Assembly: GCA_038217285.1 (NCBI GenBank)
Contig: JBBQPO010000149.1
Coordinates: 1 to 15,256 of the forward strand
DNA from: Chthonomonadales bacterium
GTDB taxonomy: Bacteria; Armatimonadota; Chthonomonadetes; Chthonomonadales; Chthonomonadaceae
Reading direction: 5' to 3'
DNA length: 15,256 nucleotides
Shown piece by piece: positions 10,143-15,256 of this stretch; the stretch's first letter is position 1, and the number at the start of each line of letters is the position of its first letter. The position numbers and the translations under genes were made by a program. The notes beneath the pieces were generated by a model that worked only from the letters and a program-made list of their open reading frames with translations, did no database searches and had not been told where the DNA came from.

Positions 10143-11402
10143 ATGGCCACAATCGTCAAAGCTGGAGAGTATGCCCCGACGAATCTGGTCGCTGTCGCCC
10201 GTCACTTCGGCAAAAAGGGGGAAGACGCTCCTCTTCTGGCGTTGCTGGAACAGGGGGCTGACCCGAACACTGCCGCTGGTTTCGGAAAATTGACGGCGCT
10301 GCACTGGGCGGCGTCTTTTGATCGTCTGGTAGCCGTTCGTGCGCTGTTAAAGGCAGGTGCGGATCCGAATCGCGCTGGCATAGCGGGAGCAACACCCCTG
10401 ATGCGCGCGAATAGCGCAGAGGTGGCGCGTCTACTGCTGGCAGCTGGAGCCGACGTAAATGCGGTGACTGATCCGAACAAGGCGGGTATTCCCGCCGGGA
10501 GCACGGCATTGATGGCAGCAGTGCGAGAGGGTCTGGCAGAGGTCGTGGAGGTCCTTCTCTCGGCACACGCAGACATGAATCTGTGCGATGAAGGCGGGCG
10601 CAATGCCCTGATGCTGGCGGCGCTGGCCGACAAGAGTGCGATAGTGCACCTGTTACGGGAGGCAGGGGCGAATGTAGGCCTGGTGGAAGCCTCCGTGCTC
10701 GGTGACACTGCTCACGTAACGAGGCTGCTTGCCGCCGAGGCGGACCTCAACGCAGAGCAGACCGGGAATGCCCTGGGCTGGGCGGCGTTAGGCGGGCACG
10801 CCGCTATCGTCTCGCTTCTTTTGGATAACGGCGCACCGATAGACGCCAGCGACGCGACCGGCACAACGGCGTTGATGAAGGCGGCGCAATATAAAAGGAT
10901 GGCAGTGATGCGCCTGCTGTCAGCACGTAGAGCCGACCCGAATGTCAGGAGCCACCGTGGAGGAACCGCGTTGATGGGGAGCATCGGATCGCGTAGCGGA
11001 AGTAATCGTGAGGCGGTGGAACTGTTGTTGAAATATGGCGCTCAGGTGAACGTTCAAAGTCTTGATGGGTGGACACCGCTGATGTTGGCCTGTCTCTGGG
11101 GAGATACGGAAGTCGTTGAGATGCTTCTGCAGCATGGGGCCGATCCGAATGTCTTTACCGATGCGGAAGTCATGGCCCGCGAGGAAGGCTGCTCTACGAC
11201 GAATGCGCTTATTTTGGCTGTCGGCAATGGGCACATCGACACGGTGAAAGCTTTGCTTCAGTACGACGCAGATCCACTTGCCCCGAACAACGCCGATATC
11301 TCCGCGCTGGATTTAGCACGACGACGGGCGCTCATTGGGTATAAGCAGGCCGAAGTTCTGCAAATCCTGCCTCTGCTTGAAGCCGCCGTAAATCGTGCAT
11401 GA
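10143..11402 (+). CDS. Ankyrin repeat protein (about 10-11 repeats), 419 aa
   Basis: Repeated TALHWAA, TPLMRA, TALMAAV, NALMLAA, TALMKAA, TPLMLAC, each followed by LL..GA(D/N/Q).N. No signal peptide or catalytic domain visible. Confidence 0.93.
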   Translation: MATIVKAGEYAPTNLVAVARHFGKKGEDAPLLALLEQGADPNTAAGFGKLTALHWAASFDRLVAVRALLKAGADPNRAGIAGATPLMRANSAEVARLLLAAGADVNAVTDPNKAGIPAGSTALMAAVREGLAEVVEVLLSAHADMNLCDEGGRNALMLAALADKSAIVHLLREAGANVGLVEASVLGDTAHVTRLLAAEADLNAEQTGNALGWAALGGHAAIVSLLLDNGAPIDASDATGTTALMKAAQYKRMAVMRLLSARRADPNVRSHRGGTALMGSIGSRSGSNREAVELLLKYGAQVNVQSLDGWTPLMLACLWGDTEVVEMLLQHGADPNVFTDAEVMAREEGCSTTNALILAVGNGHIDTVKALLQYDADPLAPNNADISALDLARRRALIGYKQAEVLQILPLLEAAVNRA

Positions 11403-11446
11403 ACGTGTCGCGTACCCGTCTTATACGATAGATTGGGATTCTGCCC

Positions 11447-11956
11447 CTATAGCGTTGCAATGGTCTTCGCCCACTCCCACATCGCTCCCGATGAGTGACG
11501 GGCCACGTACTCCTTGAACAGGTCGATAGTCTCCTGGCGTAACACGCCGCCTGTTATCCTGGGAACGCGATAGTTGGGGAAATCTTCTTCGGCGCGCTTC
11601 CACTGCTGAACCAACGATACAGCGCCGTCGCCGGGGCATTCGTGTCCGTAGTAGATTTCGCCGAGGAAGAACGACATGGCCGCTCCCAGACACATCAGGC
11701 AGGGCTCCCCAGTGACGTAGAGCCTTGCGCTTCTACGCTTGCCTGGAAATGGCTTGATTTTGTCCGCGCTTTCCAGGGCGAGCAAGTCGGCATGAACCAG
11801 CAGACGGCCTTCGGATCGCTCCATAGTGTGTGCAGCCGATAGGATCTTGCCGTCGAGAACCACGACTGCGCCTATGGGCAGTTCGCCCTTTTCCAGTCCG
11901 ATCCGCGCCATCTGCAAGGCTTCGCGCATGAACTGCTCGTGTTCCGTTGACATCAT
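11447..11956 (-). CDS. Zn-dependent nucleoside deaminase fold protein (TadA/CDA-like) with HAD variant motif
   Basis: FMREAL..A...GELPIGAVVV, VHADLLAL, LYVTGEPCLMCLGA. Start at 11956 or 11953. Confidence 0.85.
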   Translation of the reverse strand: MMSTEHEQFMREALQMARIGLEKGELPIGAVVVLDGKILSAAHTMERSEGRLLVHADLLALESADKIKPFPGKRRSARLYVTGEPCLMCLGAAMSFFLGEIYYGHECPGDGAVSLVQQWKRAEEDFPNYRVPRITGGVLRQETIDLFKEYVARHSSGAMWEWAKTIATL

Positions 11957-12014
11957 ACCCTTCGTCTTCGGCGCTCGTTATGTCGGTATCGCGACCGTTT
12001 CGGCAGTGCTGCGG

Positions 12015-12983
12015 TCAGGAGAGTTCACAGGCGACTTCCAGCCGTCGCCCCTTCGGGCGATATCCCAGCCGCGTGTTGACGGCGATCATGGCATCGTTGC
12101 CGATCTCACTGGAGGTGCAAAACCACGTCACATCCTGGCGCTGCGCCCAGACAATCGCGTGACGTTTCAGAACCGTGGCGATCCCACGGCTCCGGTGAGC
12201 CTGGGCGACGCACGTATAGTCGTTCTCGAAAGCATCCTCGCTCAGCCGCTTCAGAAAGGTCATCCCGACAGGACGCTCCCCTTCCAAAGCGATCCAGTGC
12301 GTCTCCGGCGACATGCCCGAGGCGTACAGTACCTGTTGCCGCCAGGACTCGAAGGAGCTGTCAAGTTGGTCAGGGTCAGGAGGCGCTTCGCCGGAGTCCG
12401 CCCAGAGCCTTTGAAGCGCCCTTAAGAACGCTGTGTCCTCTCGCGCCAACTCGGAAAGCGGGACGATCCGCAGTCCCTCGTGCGTGAGACGCATTTCCAC
12501 CGCAGGATCAGCGTCCGTGTCGGCCTCGGAAACGCGCAGACGATATTCCTGTATGACCTGTCCCGTCTCATAGGCTCCCATGCGGGCCGCAAAGCGTTGA
12601 CCGTCGGTGGAATCCGCCGGTAACCAAGTGAGGAGACGGGTAGCCCCCCGCTTTCGAAGCTGAGAGCGGATAAGATCGAAGAGTTGGGTTCCGATCCCCT
12701 GTCGCAGATGAGCCGGATCGACACAGACACTTCCGGAATAGACGCCGTGGTCTCCCGTCCACCAGGCCCAGTGGAAACTGCCGAAGCCGACCAGGCAGTC
12801 TTCATGCATTGCCACATAGCATGCAGACCGATCGCCTGCTCTGTCTATTGCGGTTTCCATTCGGTAGCGCTCCACCGTGAGAGGAAGACTGTCCGCCTCG
12901 TGAAGATTGTAGATCTCGACGATGCGCGCATCATCCTCAGCGACGGCAGGACGAAGATCCAGCGGTTGAAGTTGTTCCATCAT
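12015..12983 (-). CDS. Tandem (two-domain) GNAT acetyltransferase, about 322 aa
   Basis: Two acetyl-CoA motif A sequences, VDPAHLRQGIG and VAQAHRSRGIA; C-terminal NDAMIAVNTRLGY. Start at ATG 12983/12980 or TTG 12989. Confidence 0.88.
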   Translation of the reverse strand: MMEQLQPLDLRPAVAEDDARIVEIYNLHEADSLPLTVERYRMETAIDRAGDRSACYVAMHEDCLVGFGSFHWAWWTGDHGVYSGSVCVDPAHLRQGIGTQLFDLIRSQLRKRGATRLLTWLPADSTDGQRFAARMGAYETGQVIQEYRLRVSEADTDADPAVEMRLTHEGLRIVPLSELAREDTAFLRALQRLWADSGEAPPDPDQLDSSFESWRQQVLYASGMSPETHWIALEGERPVGMTFLKRLSEDAFENDYTCVAQAHRSRGIATVLKRHAIVWAQRQDVTWFCTSSEIGNDAMIAVNTRLGYRPKGRRLEVACELS

Positions 12984-13034
12984 ACTCAATTTTTCCCGCC
13001 GGGAAGTACCGTAAGGTGGGTACGCCCCGCTTCG

Positions 13035-14282
13035 TCACTTTTTGAACATTTCCATCGTGCGGTCACATTGGCTGTGGATCATTGCCGCGACTCCGATGCC
13101 GACAGGGTGTTCGGGTGTTACATCTGGAAGTTTTGCCTGAATGGCCTGCGCGATGGAGGAGACACGCCGCCTGACCATCGGCTTGGTGAGGCCCGCCTCT
13201 TCCGCAAGCCGCTCGAAATGGCGCGGGTATACTTTTTCAGCCTCGTATTCTCTGCCGATTTTCATCGCCATCTTCTTCGAAAGCTCGGGATAGTAGGCTG
13301 TGCAGAGCAAGTCGTAGAATGGTGCCAAGGCAGTGGTCCGAGACTTCGCCGTATTTTGTTGGTAGAGCAGCGAGAAGTTCTTCCCATGGGCATCATGATT
13401 GCCGATCAGAAAATTGAAGATAACTGCGTCCAGCAGGCGAACTATGTCAACGGCTGGGACAGAACTGGCATCGCGCAGCAGTTGGAAGCACTGTTGCAGC
13501 GATGGTCCGCCTTCATTCTGATATTTGTTTTCGGAGACGATTCCCAGCGCCTGACAAAAGTCCTCCTGATGTAACCGTGCCAATGGCTGGCCTTCGATCC
13601 TGACGCGGTCGTAGCGTTCGACCAGCAGATACTCGATTCCCTCGATGCTCCCCTTGGCTACGGAAGGCGTTGGCAGTCCAATTGCTTTCGCAAGCTGCAT
13701 GCACAGCAGTTCGTTCACGACAATGCCCTCATAGGGACCCAGTGCCGGCTTGAGAATGTGGGTGCTGGGAGTGCCGTCCAGTGGCACAGATATTTGTGCC
13801 TTGGCAATATGAACCGCCAATTTGTCCTGAGCGCCCGCCAGCGACAGCCGAACGTGATCCTCGCCTGCCAGCAAAGGGCGACGCGGTAGATTTCTGAGAA
13901 TATCGGCAAGGTCCCGGTCAGACAACGGTCGATAATGCCCGATTTGCGCGGGCAGCGTCTCACCAGAGGGGATAAAGGTGATCGCTCCTGCGCACTCCCC
14001 TCCGATCTTCTCCAGCATTGCCACATCGTTCTTCGCGCTGATGCCCACGTTTTTGGCGACGATCTCGCGGTTTTCGCCTTCAGGGAGAATTCCACCGAAA
14101 AAGCCTCGGCACTCTCGGCGCGAATAGGGAGCAGTTCGTAGCGGAAGGGATTGCGACAACGCGCTGGTTCCTGAACTGCCCAGCCAGGTATCGGCATATT
14201 GAAACATCATCTCGCCGTGCTGATCCTGAAACAGCAGGCCGACGAAATGTTCGTGCAGATAAACGTCCAGCAGGCGTGCCAT
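13035..14282 (-). CDS. hipA: HipA-family Ser/Thr kinase toxin, 415 aa
   Basis: N-terminal LSQSLPL...FFGGILPEG; SLAGAQDK loop; HILKP; ERYDR; LHQEDFCQALG; GNHDAHGKNFS; LAPFYDL. Start overlaps the hipB stop (TAATG). Confidence 0.95.
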   Translation of the reverse strand: MARLLDVYLHEHFVGLLFQDQHGEMMFQYADTWLGSSGTSALSQSLPLRTAPYSRRECRGFFGGILPEGENREIVAKNVGISAKNDVAMLEKIGGECAGAITFIPSGETLPAQIGHYRPLSDRDLADILRNLPRRPLLAGEDHVRLSLAGAQDKLAVHIAKAQISVPLDGTPSTHILKPALGPYEGIVVNELLCMQLAKAIGLPTPSVAKGSIEGIEYLLVERYDRVRIEGQPLARLHQEDFCQALGIVSENKYQNEGGPSLQQCFQLLRDASSVPAVDIVRLLDAVIFNFLIGNHDAHGKNFSLLYQQNTAKSRTTALAPFYDLLCTAYYPELSKKMAMKIGREYEAEKVYPRHFERLAEEAGLTKPMVRRRVSSIAQAIQAKLPDVTPEHPVGIGVAAMIHSQCDRTMEMFKK

Positions 14283-14533
14283 TATCGATCCGCCTGCGCC
14301 TTCTTCACTCCATGGCCAGGTTCGGTAACGGGCAGGTTAAAACTGATCAGGATCCCCAGGGTGTTCAGCACGGTGAGCGTTTTCTGAAGCTGACAGGTAG
14401 GCTTCCCTTTTTCCAGATCGATGATGAACCGCATCCCAGTCCCAGCCGCAAGTGCCAAACTCTCTTGGGTCAACCCGAGGAGGACGCGAGTTACCCTTAC
14501 CAGTTCGCCGATTTGCACCGATGTCTGTTTCAT
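14282..14533 (-). CDS. hipB: HipB-type XRE helix-turn-helix antitoxin, 83 aa
   Basis: IGELVR..R..LGLTQESLALAAGTGMRFIIDLEKGKPTCQL; RBS GGAGAG before ATG 14533; coupled to hipA. Confidence 0.9.
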   Translation of the reverse strand: MKQTSVQIGELVRVTRVLLGLTQESLALAAGTGMRFIIDLEKGKPTCQLQKTLTVLNTLGILISFNLPVTEPGHGVKKAQADR

Positions 14534-14547
14534 GTTCTCTCCCGTCC

Positions 14548-14617
14548 ATATTCCCGAACGGTAATATTCTACCATGCAATGGCGAATCCCACGTTAAATC
14601 TTCCCGTTCGGGAATAT
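14548..14617. promoter_or_regulatory. Two 20-bp palindromic operators flanking the hipBA promoter
   Basis: ATATTCCCGAACGGTAATAT (14548-14567) and ATCTTCCCGTTCGGGAATAT (14598-14617), 18/20 identical in inverted orientation. A - strand extended -10, TGGTAGAAT, lies at 14574-14566. Confidence 0.75.
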
Positions 14618-14741
14618 TACAGGGCATGCAGACCGCAAACGCGCTACATAGTCCCGCATTTCTGGGAGCGTACGTTTGATCCCGGAAACGACCTCACTGA
14701 TGCACGATAACACGGGATTGCCAATGCTAGAACGAAACCCT

Positions 14742-15114
14742 TTACGAGATACTTTCTGGCGCAGGTGCGGGAAACTCTGGCGACGCCTCTCTCTCTTTGG
14801 CGTTAACGTTATCGTAGACGTAATCAATCAGCATAGACTGAAATCTGTCCATCGCCGCTTTATCGTCGAACACCTTTTTGCCCATCGTGTGGTAGCTGTC
14901 CATCGCGGCGACCAGGGCATCGAGCAGTACGTGTCCGATTGTAGGGCTGTGCGTGAACTGCGCCTTCGTGTTTGCCCTGGCCTGCTTGTTGATCTCCGCG
15001 TTCTCCATCATCTTGCTCGCCACATGCTGGAACATTCCGACCTTGTCGGCTTCGGTAAGGGAACCGTCGTCGAATAGGTCGTTTAAATGCTGAACGAGTT
15101 CGGCGAGCTTAACC
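14742..15114 (-). pseudogene. hsdR: C-terminal 123 codons of a type I restriction endonuclease R subunit, separated from the rest of the gene by an IS
   Basis: LAELVQHLNDLF...LTEADKV...KMMEN..I.KQARANTKAQF..SP...LLDALVAAMD matches my recollection of HsdR C-terminal tails. Similarity stops at the IS end. Confidence 0.75.
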
Positions 15115-15123
15115 TGTGGTTTT

Positions 15124-15192
15124 GATATAATAAACTGGCCCACTTCGATACCGTAAATTGGTCCACTTCGATACTCTAAAATGGCCCACCTC
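15124..15192 (+). repeat. Three tandem 23-bp repeats, consensus GATAnnnTAAAnTGGcCCACtTC (likely transposase-binding sites)
   Basis: GATATAATAAACTGGCCCACTTC / GATACCGTAAATTGGTCCACTTC / GATACTCTAAAATGGCCCACCTC. Confidence 0.9.
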
Positions 15193-15247
15193 CGGTCACT
15201 TTCGCGGCTACTCTGTAAGGGGAGAAATCCAGCCCAAGGAGAGCCCA

Positions 15248-15256
15248 ATGGACAGG
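15248..15256 (+). CDS. istA: First three codons (MDR) of the probable IS21 transposase
   Basis: AAGGAG RBS followed by ATG GAC AGG, in the position expected inside an IS21 left end. Only 9 nt are visible. Confidence 0.5.

Larger units (their letters stand above)
15115..15256 (+). mobile_element. Left end of an IS21-family insertion sequence (continues beyond the window)
   Basis: TGT terminus at 15115, three tandem 23-bp repeats, then AAGGAG RBS and an ATG. Confidence 0.8.

Noticed and set aside
11447..11956. Assigning the gene symbol tadA
   Set aside because: It lacks HAE and the DPTAH context and sits in an accessory region.
9557..13574. ORFs 9557-10159 (-), 11826-12425 (+) and 12684-13574 (+)
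   Set aside because: Antisense to better-supported genes and lacking motifs.
14534..14575. Longer hipB start at 14575
   Set aside because: It would run through the operator and the -10 element. ATG 14533 has a good RBS.
15124..15192. Mini CRISPR array
   Set aside because: The repeats are contiguous with no unique spacers and no cas genes are visible. The TGT terminus and downstream RBS/ATG fit an IS21 end.
14742..15248. 168-aa ORF as an intact gene
   Set aside because: Its first ~45 codons are the antisense of the IS end. Only 15114-14742 looks like protein.

Overview
GC-rich bacterial window with two parts. Left (83-9521): two divergently transcribed planctomycete-type modules. Each pairs a diheme c-type cytochrome-like protein (DUF1549/DUF1553 with a LamG insert on the - strand; DUF1592 family on the + strand) with a twin-arginine partner (DUF1501; DUF1552 with HxxSHH). 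They share a 679-bp AT-richer spacer containing candidate promoters, repeats and a 37-codon small ORF. Right (9611-15256): an accessory/defence-like region. It holds a hypothetical gene plus an ankyrin-repeat gene (+), converging on a - strand run of type I restriction hsdR 3' remnant, hipB, hipA, double GNAT and a Zn-deaminase that has HAD instead of HAE. The hsdR gene is cut at about 15115 by the left end of an IS21-family element (TGT terminus, three 23-bp repeats, TGnTATAAT, RBS and the first three codons of istA). Two palindromic HipB-type operators lie 50 bp apart upstream of hipB. All family calls come from motif recognition by eye; no searches were run.
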